Positions 9,048 to 26,521 of a stretch of DNA of 64,000 bases are shown piece by piece. Location of the stretch: NCBI GenBank assembly GCA_050248855.1, contig JBFWRP010000011.1:64001-128000 (forward strand). Direction: 5' to 3'. Under the pieces are notes generated by a model. The model was not told where the DNA came from. It ran no database searches and saw only the letters and a list, made by a program, of their open reading frames with translations. The position numbers were made by a program, and so were the translations under genes. The DNA comes from Planctomycetota bacterium (GTDB taxonomy: Bacteria; Planctomycetota; PLA2; JAEUHO01). Each line of letters starts with the position of its first letter. Position 1 is the stretch's first letter.

Positions 9048-10301
9048 CCTCGCGCGCACGGCGGCGACGACGCGGGAGAGGCGGGAGAGGCCCTCCTCGA
9101 CCACGGACATCGGGGGGCCGTAGGAGAAGCGCAGCCACGATGCGAGGGGCGAGGGGCCCGTGCGCGCGTGGGCAGGGTCCATGTCGAACAGCCGTCCCGG
9201 CACCGTGATCACCCTCTCGGCAAGGGCGGCCTCGAAGAACGCATCCGCATCCGAGAGCGGTGCCGGCAGCCCGGAGAGGTCGCAGAACACGTAGAAGGCA
9301 CCGCGCGCCGGGGCCACGCGCAGCCCCAGGGCCTCGAGCCCCCCCACCAAGCGGTCCCGCTTCGCACGGAACACCGCCCGCACGACGCGTGCTTCGGCGT
9401 CGGCAGCCGCGGGGGCCAGCGCGTCGAGCGCCGCGCGCTGCAGCGGCGCGTTGGCGCCGCCGTCCATCGCCCCGCCGATCCGCGAGACGACCTCGACGAC
9501 GGCTGGCGGGCCGACCATCCAGGCCAACCGCCACCCGGGATGGCGCAACGACTTCGTGAGCCCGTCCACGATCACGACGGGATCCCGGTCGGGGTCCACG
9601 ACGTGCTCCAGGCCGGAGATGGAGCGATCGTCACCGTCCTCGCCGTAGACGTAGGTTCCGTAGAACTCGTCCAGGACGAGCAACGTGCCGTGTCGCCTCG
9701 CGGCGGCCACGATCCTCGCCAGGTCGGCCCGGGACCACATGGCGGCCGTGGGGTTGTTGGGGTGGCTCGCGACGAAGGCGTCGAGCCCGTCGGCGAAGGC
9801 CTGCTCCAGCCTCTCCACGCGCGGCAGGAACCCCGCTTCGGGGGTTCCCTCCAAGTGGACGGGCACGAGGTGGGCGGCATGACGGGCGAGCCCTTCCGCG
9901 ATCGCCGGGTAGTCGGGCGAGCCGTGGCCCACGCGCCCCGGGCCCAAGGCGGCGAAGAGGCGCGAGAGCGCGGCGCGCCCACCGCCCGCGACGGCGACGT
10001 GGGCCGCACGGTAGGGCGCCTTGCCGGCGCGGAAGCGATGGTTGACCAACGCCGCGACGGCCTCGCGAAGGGCGGGAAGGCCCGGGACGGGCCCGTACCC
10101 CTCGACGGACGTGTCCAGCGGCACGCTCGCCGGTCGCGGACCGCCACCGGGCAGGGGATCGAGCTCGGGCTGACCCTGGCCGAAGTTGACCCACGCGGGA
10201 TCCCCGGCCGCAAAGCCACGGGCGGCGGCCGCCTGCATCGCCGCGAGCACGCCCGTGGCCGGCACGGACGCGACGATGCGCGGGAGCGCCGCGTCGCTCA
10301 C
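9045..10301 (-). CDS. PLP-dependent aminotransferase, class I/II
   Basis: NFGQGQPE, YGPVPGLPALREAVA, SHPNNPT, LVLDEFY, GLTKSLRHPGWRLAW (PLP lysine), GAFY; start overlaps upstream stop. Confidence 0.92.
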   Translation of the reverse strand: MSDAALPRIVASVPATGVLAAMQAAAARGFAAGDPAWVNFGQGQPELDPLPGGGPRPASVPLDTSVEGYGPVPGLPALREAVAALVNHRFRAGKAPYRAAHVAVAGGGRAALSRLFAALGPGRVGHGSPDYPAIAEGLARHAAHLVPVHLEGTPEAGFLPRVERLEQAFADGLDAFVASHPNNPTAAMWSRADLARIVAAARRHGTLLVLDEFYGTYVYGEDGDDRSISGLEHVVDPDRDPVVIVDGLTKSLRHPGWRLAWMVGPPAVVEVVSRIGGAMDGGANAPLQRAALDALAPAAADAEARVVRAVFRAKRDRLVGGLEALGLRVAPARGAFYVFCDLSGLPAPLSDADAFFEAALAERVITVPGRLFDMDPAHARTGPSPLASWLRFSYGPPMSVVEEGLSRLSRVVAAVRAR

Positions 10302-10876
10302 TCGTCGTAGACCACGTTGATCAGGGTGGGGTCCACGGTGAGGTCGCGCCCGTACACGTGGATCGAGACGAGGTCGTCCGGGCCTGCGTTGGAGATGCGG
10401 TGGACGCCGTCCGGGCCGGGACGCGTCATGAGGACGGCGCCTGCGCGGTGGTCGGCATCACGCCCCACCAGGTGGACGGCGCGCAAGCCCCCTTCGTCTT
10501 CGTCCTCGACGAGGTCGAAGCGCTCCTCGTGCGCCACGCCCGAGACGACGCCCACCGTGCACCATGCCGTGTGGCCATGGACGGCGCTGGCCTGACCGGG
10601 CCGCCACACCAGGCACAGGGCCGTAAAGCGGCCCTGCGGATCGGCGTAGAGCAGATGACGACGGTAGGTGTCGGCGGCCCCCTGACACTGCGCGCTCGTC
10701 AGCAGGTCGGGAGCAGCCAAGACCTCTGCCAGGGCCTGCATCGCCGCCGTCCCGATCCCGTCGTCGCTGCACGGCCCGCCGGGCTGGCCCTCGAGGACGG
10801 TTTCCATCCGCTCGACGAAGGCACGGATCGGAGGGCTCGCGGTATCGAGCGCACCCGACCCGGAGCCCCCGGTCAC
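10298..10876 (-). CDS. Cysteine dioxygenase family (thiol dioxygenase) cupin
   Basis: YRRHLLY...LVWRPGQASAVHGH (His-x-His)...VHRISN (third His)...SIHVYG (Ser-His-Tyr motif). Confidence 0.85.
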   Translation of the reverse strand: MTGGSGSGALDTASPPIRAFVERMETVLEGQPGGPCSDDGIGTAAMQALAEVLAAPDLLTSAQCQGAADTYRRHLLYADPQGRFTALCLVWRPGQASAVHGHTAWCTVGVVSGVAHEERFDLVEDEDEGGLRAVHLVGRDADHRAGAVLMTRPGPDGVHRISNAGPDDLVSIHVYGRDLTVDPTLINVVYDE

Positions 10877-10878
10877 GG

Positions 10879-11184
10879 TTACCAGCTCGCCTTTTTGAGG
10901 CCCGGGATCTCGCCGCGCAGCGCCATGTCGCGGAGCATCACGCGGCTCAGGCCGAACTTGCGGTAGTTGCCGCGCGGCCGTCCCGTGAACTGGCAGCGCA
11001 GGCGGATGCGGTTGGGGTTGCTGTCGCGCGGCAGGGCGCGCAGCTTGGCGTAGGCGGCGTCCTTCTGCTCCTCGCTGCTGGAGGGGCTCTGGATGACGGC
11101 CTTCAGCTCACGACGGATCGAGGCGTAGCGGGCCACGAGGATCCGGCGGCGTTCGTTCTTCTCGAGCTTGCTCTTCTTGGCCAT
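10879..11184 (-). CDS. rpsN: 30S ribosomal protein S14, long zinc-independent type
   Basis: 101 aa, [14 protein letters not shown]...LPRDS...[19 protein letters not shown]...[11 protein letters not shown]; only one Cys. Confidence 0.96.
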   Translation of the reverse strand: MAKKSKLEKNERRRILVARYASIRRELKAVIQSPSSSEEQKDAAYAKLRALPRDSNPNRIRLRCQFTGRPRGNYRKFGLSRVMLRDMALRGEIPGLKKASW

Positions 11185-11236
11185 GGGTCAGGGGATCCTT
11201 CGAAGGGTGCCGGAAAGCGGGGCTGCTGCGACGGGC

Positions 11237-11713
11237 CTAGAACGCGAAGTGCGCGAACGCCTTGTTCGCCTCGGCCTGCTTGTGGGCGTTCTCGCGCTTC
11301 ATCATGGCCCCACCCTCGCGGTTGTAGGCGGCCACCAGCTCATCGGCGAGCGCCATGCGCATGGGGCGGCCACGACGGCCACGAGCGGCCTCGAGCACCC
11401 AACGGAACGCGAGGGCGCGACCGCGGCGCGGACCGACCTCGACGGGAACCTGGTAGTTGGCACCACCGACGCGCTTGCTGCGCACCTCGACCATCGGCTT
11501 GACGTTCTCGATGGCCTGGCGCCAGACCTCGATGGCGTCGCGGTCACGCACGCGCTGACCCACGACCTCGAGGGCGTCGTAGAAGACCTTCTCCGCCGTC
11601 GAGCGCTTGCCGTCGCGCATGATGCACGAGATGAACTTGGCGACGTTGAGGTCGCCGTAGATCGGGTCCGGCTTGAGCAGCGGCTCGAAGCTCGTGAAGT
11701 ACTTGCCCGCCAT
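11237..11713 (-). CDS. rpsG: 30S ribosomal protein S7
   Basis: PDPIYG...EVRSKRVGGANYQVP...AEANKAFAHF. Confidence 0.97.
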   Translation of the reverse strand: MAGKYFTSFEPLLKPDPIYGDLNVAKFISCIMRDGKRSTAEKVFYDALEVVGQRVRDRDAIEVWRQAIENVKPMVEVRSKRVGGANYQVPVEVGPRRGRALAFRWVLEAARGRRGRPMRMALADELVAAYNREGGAMMKRENAHKQAEANKAFAHFAF

Positions 11714-11728
11714 GGAAACCCCCGTCGC

Positions 11729-12103
11729 CTACTTCGCGTTCTTCTTCTGGCCGTACTTGGAGCGCTGCTGCTTGCGCCCGTCCACACCCGACGCGTCCAG
11801 CGTGCCGCGGATGATGTGGTAGCGGACACCGGGCAAGTCGCGCACACGACCGCCACGGATGAGCACGATGCTGTGCTCCTGCAGGTTGTGCCCCTCGCCG
11901 GGGATGTACGCCGTGATCTCCTTGCCCGTGGAGAGCCGCACGCGCGCGATCTTGCGCAGCGCGGAGTTCGGCTTCTTCGGGGTCTGGGTCTTCACGGAGA
12001 GACAGACGCCACGCTTCTGGGGACAGGCCAGGAGCACGGGGCTCTTGCTCTTGCGCTTGACCTTGGTCCGGCCCTTGCGGACCAGCTGGTTGATCGTCGG
12101 CAT
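11729..12103 (-). CDS. rpsL: 30S ribosomal protein S12
   Basis: Start ATG 12103 [42 protein letters not shown]. Confidence 0.98.
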   Translation of the reverse strand: MPTINQLVRKGRTKVKRKSKSPVLLACPQKRGVCLSVKTQTPKKPNSALRKIARVRLSTGKEITAYIPGEGHNLQEHSIVLIRGGRVRDLPGVRYHIIRGTLDASGVDGRKQQRSKYGQKKNAK

Positions 12104-12298
12104 GCGGTTTCCCAAGGCAGGACCGCGACCGGGGCCCGTGCTCTCCACGGGATCCACGGCAGCGGCAACGGTCGGACCCGGAATCTTCCGGGAAGCCCAG
12201 GAAGGTAGCGGCGCGCACGCACGGCTGCACGGGATTCCCGGGTGGTGGTCGATTGCTCCCCCCCGCAGGCACCGGCGGCTCGCCGGATGCTCGGCCCC

Positions 12299-12385
12299 AC
12301 CGCGAGGGGTGCAGGGGTGGTCCGGAATCGCCCCCCTGCTGCGGAGGCGGAGCCGGAGCACCGAGTCCGCGCGGGAGCGCGGAGC
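12299..12385. repeat. Diverged single copy of repeat family A between rpoC and rpsL
   Basis: CCGCGAGGGGTGCAGGGGTGGTCCGGAATCGCCCCCCTGC...CCGAGTCCGCGCGGGAGCGCGGA aligns to the 8175-8260 core. Confidence 0.8.
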
Positions 12386-12618
12386 TTGGACGGGGGACGC
12401 GACCACGAGGCGTCGCGGATCGCGGCACGCTCCCGTCGCCCCGAGGACCTGATGCGCGGCGGCCACCGTCGATACCCGGAACCGCGGGCCATCTGGCCCC
12501 AAGCACGAGGCGATAGGCGCACGCAGCGCCCCCTGGGCGTCGGCAGGGCGCTCACCTGGCCGTTCCGGGCCGGAGTCCCGCCGCGCAGTCGCGCGGCGGG
12601 TTCCGAAGGCCCAGCGGA

Positions 12619-16812
<4,194 letters not shown>

Positions 16813-16903
16813 GGTGCCCTCGCTCGTCTCGGTTCCCGGTGGCTACCCGACTTGCTTCCCGTGGCGATCACGGTGCCGCGCGGCCGCGAAGCCGCGCGCA
16901 CGC

Positions 16904-20704
<3,801 letters not shown>

Positions 20705-21285
20705 GCGCGGCTCCCTTCGCGGGTGCGGAGGCCGCGTACGTGCGCGGGAGGTGGCCGCGGGTGCCGACACGCGACTGCGGCGCAACATCGCCAACAGCGC
20801 GTGGAGGCTTGCGGCTTGCCGGAAGCGCGAAGGCTCGGCAAGCAGACCCTTGATGCGGACGCCCGTCCCTGGCACGCGACGCGACGTCCCCGAAGGGACG
20901 CGCCTCCACGCGAGGTGTTCGTGAGGATCGAGGCCCGCCCGGTCAGCGGCTTCCGTCTGGCGCCCGTCCCGGCCTGCAAGGGGGCGGGGCTTTCGAAGCC
21001 GCAGGGGCATCGCGGTCACCTGGTGCGGCGGCCGCGGGAGGGGAAGGGTAGCGGGGAAGCGTGGGCCTGGCCCATCGGGGCAGACCGTTCACCGCCAAGG
21101 GGCAACCCGGGAGGCTCCCGGACGACCCGTCCATGCGGCCCCACGGAGCCGCCGGGGCCTCGGCGGGGCGGCCGGCCGTCCGGCCCGCATCCAGGCCAAG
21201 ACGTGCCGACCAGCCCAGGGAGGCCGGAAGGGAGCAGTACGGAGCGGAGCCAGACGGCCGGGACATGCCGGCCGTCGGGTCGGAT

Positions 21286-21696
21286 CTACTTGATCTCGAC
21301 CTCGGCGCCCGCGTCCTCGAGCTCCTTCTTGATCTTCTCGGCGTCCTCCTTGGAGGCGCCCTCCTTGACCGGCTTCGGAGCGCCGTCGACCAGGTCCTTG
21401 GCCTCCTTGAGGCCCAGGCCGGTGATGCTGCGCACCACCTTGATCACGGCGATCTTCTGCTGGCCGGCGCTCTTCAGGATGACGTCGAAGGAGGTCTTCT
21501 CCTCCGCCGCCTCGGCGCCGCCGCCACCCGCACCGGGGGCGACCATGGCCACCGCCGCGGGAGCCGCAGCCGACACGCCCCAGCGCTCTTCGAGCGCCTT
21601 CACGAGCTTCGCGGCCTTGGCAATGGTGAGGCCATCGAGCTTCTCGAAGATGGCCTGGAGGTCGTCCTCGAGGACGATCGTCTGTTCATCGGACAT
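21286..21696 (-). CDS. rplL: 50S ribosomal protein L7/L12
   Basis: [10 protein letters not shown]...[25 protein letters not shown]. Confidence 0.97.
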   Translation of the reverse strand: MSDEQTIVLEDDLQAIFEKLDGLTIAKAAKLVKALEERWGVSAAAPAAVAMVAPGAGGGGAEAAEEKTSFDVILKSAGQQKIAVIKVVRSITGLGLKEAKDLVDGAPKPVKEGASKEDAEKIKKELEDAGAEVEIK

Positions 21697-21767
21697 GGTT
21701 CGGACTCCTGGAACGTGATCGGCGACGATCGTCGTGTGCCAAGCCCGTCTCGGCCGCCGCTCGAATC

Positions 21768-21814
21768 CAACTCGTCAAGGGCCCCCACCCGCGGGATGCC
21801 CCCTGGTCTTGTCG
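21768..21814 (-). promoter_or_regulatory. Putative L10(L12)4-binding leader-like RNA element upstream of rplL
   Basis: Minus strand CGAC-AAGAC-CAGGGGGC...GCCCTTG-ACGA-GTTG: outer stem, AAGAC/ACGA internal loop and inner stem resembling the L10-leader core; recognised by eye only. Confidence 0.5.
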
Positions 21815-21858
21815 CGCTGCACGCGGCGACGCTCGCCGCGCGCAATGCATGGTCTGCC

Positions 21859-22416
21859 TCAGGCCTCGCCGGCCTCCTCGCCGCCGCCCTGCTGGTCGAC
21901 GCGCGCCTGCAGGCACCGCGCCAACCCGCCGTACACGGCCGACAGGCTGACGGCGATCCCGCGGGGGACCCCCATCACCGCGCCCAGCATCATGGCGCGC
22001 AGCTGCGGCAGGTCGGGCATGTCCGCCAGCGTGCTCGCCTCCTCTTCGAGGAGCAGCTCGCCGTCGGCAACCGCACCCTTGAGCTTCAAGGGCTTCCACT
22101 TGCGGCTCCACTCCCGGACCACCTTCGCGATCGGGATGGGGCCGTCGCCGCCGAAGGCGATCGCCGTGGGGCCCGCGAGCAGCGGGTCCAAGGCCTCGCT
22201 GCCCTCGCCGAACCACTTGCGGTTCATGGCGACCTGGGCCGTGCGGTTGTGGATCACCTGGAGGCGCGCACCGCCGGCCTTCTCGCGAAGGTCGCCGCGG
22301 AACGCCATGGTGCTCTCGACGGTCATCGCACCCGTCTCGAGGATGAGCAGGCCGTTGTGTCCCTCGAGCGCTTGCTCGAGCTGGTCGGCCATCATCCGCT
22401 TCAACGCTTTGGCCAT
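21859..22416 (-). CDS. rplJ: 50S ribosomal protein L10
   Basis: FRGDLR...QVIHNR...LAGPTAIAF...LADMPDLPQL; position between rplA and rplL. Confidence 0.93.
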   Translation of the reverse strand: MAKALKRMMADQLEQALEGHNGLLILETGAMTVESTMAFRGDLREKAGGARLQVIHNRTAQVAMNRKWFGEGSEALDPLLAGPTAIAFGGDGPIPIAKVVREWSRKWKPLKLKGAVADGELLLEEEASTLADMPDLPQLRAMMLGAVMGVPRGIAVSLSAVYGGLARCLQARVDQQGGGEEAGEA

Positions 22417-22475
22417 GATCGGCTCCTCGTCGTGGAGGGCGCAAGCGCCCGTGCCCCGGTCCGCCTGCCTGGTGG

Positions 22476-23165
22476 CTACGCCACGTCCAGCGTCACCCCC
22501 GGCGTCATCGTGCCGGAGATGGAGACCTTGCGGATGTAGGCGCCCTTGACCGCCGAGGGCTTCAAACCGCGAACGTGCTCCAGGAAGTGGAGGACGTTCT
22601 CCTGGATCTTCTGCGGGGCGAAGCTGCGCTTGCCCACGGGCACGTGGAGGTTGCCGCCGCTGTCGGCGCGGAACTCCACCTTGCCGGCCTTGAACTCGGC
22701 CACCGCCTCGCCGATGCGATCGGTCACGGTGCCCGACTTGGGGCTGGGCATCTTGCCCTGCGGACCGAGGACGCGACCCAGGCGACCCGCGATGCGCATC
22801 ATGGACGGGTGCGCAATGCAGATGTCGAAGTCGGTCCAGCCGGCGTTGATCTTCTCGGCGAGGTCCTCGCCGCCCACTTCATCAGCGCCAGCGGCCCGCG
22901 CCGCCTCGGCCGCCTCGCCCTCGGCGAACACGACGACGCTGCGCGACTGGCCGATGCCGTGCGGCATCGCGACGCTGCCGCGCACCATCTGGTCGCTCTT
23001 CTTGGGGTCGATGCCCAGGCGGACGTGCAGCTCGACGGTCTCGTCGAAGCGCGCCTTGGGAAACTGACCCAGCACCTGGAGGCCGGCGCCGATGTCGTAG
23101 CGCTTGAGCTTCTCGTAGCCCGGCGTGGCCAGGGCAGCACGGTAGCGCTTGGTGGTTCGCGTCAT
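22476..23165 (-). CDS. rplA: 50S ribosomal protein L1
   Basis: Start ATG 23165 with GAAGGAG RBS; FDETVELHVRLGIDP...VRGSVAMPHG...LGPQGKMPSPKSGTV. Confidence 0.97.
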   Translation of the reverse strand: MTRTTKRYRAALATPGYEKLKRYDIGAGLQVLGQFPKARFDETVELHVRLGIDPKKSDQMVRGSVAMPHGIGQSRSVVVFAEGEAAEAARAAGADEVGGEDLAEKINAGWTDFDICIAHPSMMRIAGRLGRVLGPQGKMPSPKSGTVTDRIGEAVAEFKAGKVEFRADSGGNLHVPVGKRSFAPQKIQENVLHFLEHVRGLKPSAVKGAYIRKVSISGTMTPGVTLDVA

Positions 23166-23282
23166 CCGCGTCTCCTTCACTCTCCCGTCCCGACACGCGG
23201 AGGTCAGGGCGGTGGCCGAGTTCCCCCCCGGAAACCGGGAGGAACGGGGGATGTTGCAGGCAGGGCGTGATCCCACGAACGG

Positions 23283-23315
23283 AAAACCGGGGGGCGCACG
23301 CGTGCGCCCCCCGGT
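23283..23315 (-). terminator. Intrinsic terminator after the PASTA gene
   Basis: Perfect palindrome ACCGGGGGGCGCAC-GC-GTGCGCCCCCCGGT followed by TTT on the minus strand, 26 nt after the stop codon. Confidence 0.75.
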
Positions 23316-23341
23316 CCGGGGTGGTTGGCCTGGGGCGGCTC

Positions 23342-25699
23342 CTAGTTCTTGATGGTGATCGTGACCGTCGAGCCCTTGGCCACGGTCGCGCCCGGGGCCG
23401 GGTTCTGGATCTTGACCCGGGTCGGGGGCGGGAAGCCGGGGACCTTGACGACCGAGACCTGCAGGCCCTTGGCCAGGATGGCCATCCGGGCCTGGATCTC
23501 CGTCTTGCCGATCACGTTGGGGACCTGGACGAGCTGGAGGACCGGACCGCCGCCCCCACCGGGGCCCACGCCGATCGCGAACGTCAAGCTGATCGTGGTG
23601 TTCTTCGCCACGAGCTGACCCGCCGGTCGCGACTGGGACACCACCCGCGCCAGCGGGAAGCTGTGCGGGCCCGCGTAGGCCCCGCCCAGGTCCGCCGCCG
23701 CGAGCGCCGCAGCGGCCTGGGCCTTCGTCTTGCCGATCAGGTTCGGGACGGTGGTCAGGTTGATCGGCGGGACGACGATGCCGGCGAAGGTGGCCTTCAC
23801 CGTGGAGCTGACGGCCACCAGCGTGCCCGCCGGCGGCTGCTGCGAGCTGACCTTGGCCCCGGGCAGGTTGTGGGCACCCAACCACTGGTGCTGCAGGTCC
23901 GCCGCCGACAGCAGGGCCGCCGCCTGGGCCTTGTTCTTGCCGTGCAGGTTCGGAACGAGGCGGAACTGCAGGCCGGGTCCCGGCGGACCGACGACCAGCT
24001 GGAACACGACCGTGATGACCGTGCCCTTGGCCACCTGCTGACCGGCGGGTCGGCTCTGGGCCGCAACGCGGGCCCCGGCGATCAGGTGCGGGCCCTGCCA
24101 CTGATGCCCCAGCTGGGCGGCAGCCAGCAGGGCGCTGGCCTGGGCCTTGGTCTTGCCGACCAGATTGGGCACCGTCGTCAGGATGGGCGCCAGGCCCTTG
24201 CGCTTGAAGCGCACCGTCACCGTGCTGCCCTTGGGCACGATCGTGCCGGCCGGCGGGAGCGTGCTCACCACCTCCGTGAGCGGTCCGATCCCCCCGATCT
24301 GCAGGAGCAGCGCACCGAGGCCGGCGGTGTCGAGCATGCTCTCCGCCTGCTGGACGGAGAGGCCGACCACGTTCGGCACGGCCACGGGCGGCGCCTGGAT
24401 GTCGTAGCGGAAGGTGACGCGCGACCCGCGCGCGACGCGGTCCCCGGGCGCGACGTCCTGCTGGATGACGCGCGTGGTGCCGGGCTGGAGCGGACCGACG
24501 CGGTCGGCGTCGCCCAAGAGGCCCACGGCGGCGAGTGCGGCGAACGCCTGGCTCTTGGTGCGCCCGATCAGGTTGGGCATCGAGGACGTCGCCGGCAGGC
24601 GCAGGAGCACGTCCGCGCCCGGTGCCACTTCGGCGCCGGCCGGCGGGAACTGGCGCGCGACCCGATCGACCGGCGAACCGGGCAACACGACGAACGAGAC
24701 CTGGGCGCGCAGGCCGGCGGCCTGGATCGCGGCCACGGCGTCAAAGCGCGAGAGGCCCTCCACCGGCGGTACCGCGACCGTGGTCGGCGGCGGCGGCGCC
24801 TTGGAGACGTCCACGCCGATCACCGTGCCGAGCTCGACGGACTGGCCGGCGGGTACGTGCTGCGCGACGACGCGGTTGGGCGCGCCCGATGCATCCACGA
24901 ACACGATGTCGAGGTCGAACCCGGCCTCGGCGGCGAGCGTCTGGGCCTCGCCCAGTGACTTGCCGACCAGGTTGGGAACCTGCGCGGTCAACGCCGGAGG
25001 CACGACGTCGCCGCCGTGGCGCGCGATCGTGATGCGCACGCGCGCACCCGGCACGACCTCGCTGTTGCTGCCCGGGTCCTGGGCCACGACCGTGCCGGGC
25101 GCGCCGGCGTCGTCGTCCACTTCGCTGGCCTCGACGCGCAGGCCCAGCTGCTCGATCTCCGCACGCGCTTCGTCCGCCGTCAGGCCAAGCACCGCGGGCA
25201 CGCGCACCGAGCGGCGCAGCACCCGCAGTCGCAAGCGGTCGTGTGCGTAGAGCGAAGCGCCGGCGGCAGGTTCCTGGCCGACGACGTTGCCGTTCTCGCC
25301 CGTACCGGTGGCGACGTAGGCGATCTCGAGGAAGTACGTTCCGTCGAGGGCATCGACGACGTCCTGCTCTGCCAAGCCGACGACATCGGGCACGACCGTC
25401 TGGATGAGTCGCTCCGCACCGACGACGAGGACGATGTCACTGTCACCCGTGACGGGCGTTCCGGCAGCAGGTGCCTGCTCGAGCACTTCATCGACGCGGT
25501 CCGAGGCGAGAAGCCGGACACGAGCGGAGAGACCGGCCTCGGCCAGCTCGGCACCGGCGTCGGCCTCGGTCTTGCCGACGAGGTCGGGCATGGCGGTATC
25601 GGCCGCGTACGCACGGGGCGCGCCGAGCAGGGCCACGAGCATCGCGGCCACGAAGACGAGCAGCGCACCGGGGCGCGCACCGGACAGACGGATGGACAT
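23342..25699 (-). CDS. Secreted protein composed of 11 tandem PASTA domains
   Basis: Signal peptide ending AYA-A from ATG 25699; 11 repeats beginning (V/M)P-x-(L/V)-x-G, with V.xQ.P..G..V motifs; no kinase or PBP domain. Confidence 0.88.
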   Translation of the reverse strand: MSIRLSGARPGALLVFVAAMLVALLGAPRAYAADTAMPDLVGKTEADAGAELAEAGLSARVRLLASDRVDEVLEQAPAAGTPVTGDSDIVLVVGAERLIQTVVPDVVGLAEQDVVDALDGTYFLEIAYVATGTGENGNVVGQEPAAGASLYAHDRLRLRVLRRSVRVPAVLGLTADEARAEIEQLGLRVEASEVDDDAGAPGTVVAQDPGSNSEVVPGARVRITIARHGGDVVPPALTAQVPNLVGKSLGEAQTLAAEAGFDLDIVFVDASGAPNRVVAQHVPAGQSVELGTVIGVDVSKAPPPPTTVAVPPVEGLSRFDAVAAIQAAGLRAQVSFVVLPGSPVDRVARQFPPAGAEVAPGADVLLRLPATSSMPNLIGRTKSQAFAALAAVGLLGDADRVGPLQPGTTRVIQQDVAPGDRVARGSRVTFRYDIQAPPVAVPNVVGLSVQQAESMLDTAGLGALLLQIGGIGPLTEVVSTLPPAGTIVPKGSTVTVRFKRKGLAPILTTVPNLVGKTKAQASALLAAAQLGHQWQGPHLIAGARVAAQSRPAGQQVAKGTVITVVFQLVVGPPGPGLQFRLVPNLHGKNKAQAAALLSAADLQHQWLGAHNLPGAKVSSQQPPAGTLVAVSSTVKATFAGIVVPPINLTTVPNLIGKTKAQAAAALAAADLGGAYAGPHSFPLARVVSQSRPAGQLVAKNTTISLTFAIGVGPGGGGGPVLQLVQVPNVIGKTEIQARMAILAKGLQVSVVKVPGFPPPTRVKIQNPAPGATVAKGSTVTITIKN

Positions 25700-26041
25700 G
25701 TTCGACTCCGAGGACCGTGGGCGGTCCGGCGCCGCCATGGCAACCGCCGGGCCAAAGCGGATCATGCCGCCGCCGAGCCCCCCGGCGCCAGCCTGCAGCA
25801 GGCCCGGAATTCCGGGCTTCGGGAGAGTCAGCCCCTCGGGCCAGTCGACGCCCGGACACTGTCCCCGGGCGAGGACGACCGTGCAGCCCACCGGGGCCAC
25901 TCCCGCGCGGTGTCGCCGCGACGTGGAGTGCGCGTGTGCGGTTGGCGCACGAGAACGCCCCGTGGGCGCCGTACGGCGGCCGGCGCTCGCCGCTCGCAGG
26001 AGCCTGGCACGCGTTCCGCGCCGCCAGCTGCGTCTGCGCGG

Positions 26042-26464
26042 CTACTCGACGTCGATGCCCATCGAGCGGGCGGTGCCCGCGATGATCTTGGAGGCCGCGT
26101 CGATGTCGAAGGCATTGAGATCGCGCATCTTCTTCTCGGCGATCTCCTGCACCTGCTTCTTCGTCACCTTGCCGACCTTCGTGGTGTTCGGCGTGCCGCT
26201 GCCCTTGGGGATGCCGGCGGCCTTGCGCAGCAGCACGGCCGCAGGTGGGCTCTTCAGCTCGAACTCGAACGAGCGGTCGGTGTAGACCGTCAGCACGACG
26301 GGAATGATCAGGCCGCGGTCGGCGGCCGTCGCGTCGTTGAAGCGCTTGACGAACTCGCCGATGTTGACGCCGTGCTGACCGAGGGCCGGGCCGACGGGCG
26401 GCGCAGGCGTCGCCTGACCCGCGGGGCACTGCAGCTTGATCTTCGCCTTGACTTCCTTGGCCAT
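26042..26464 (-). CDS. rplK: 50S ribosomal protein L11
   Basis: [18 protein letters not shown]...IAGTARSMG. Confidence 0.98.
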   Translation of the reverse strand: MAKEVKAKIKLQCPAGQATPAPPVGPALGQHGVNIGEFVKRFNDATAADRGLIIPVVLTVYTDRSFEFELKSPPAAVLLRKAAGIPKGSGTPNTTKVGKVTKKQVQEIAEKKMRDLNAFDIDAASKIIAGTARSMGIDVE

Positions 26465-26521
26465 GGCACGTTCGCCTTTCTACGGCATCCCGGGCGGCCC
26501 GGGACCCATGCTTCGATCGCT

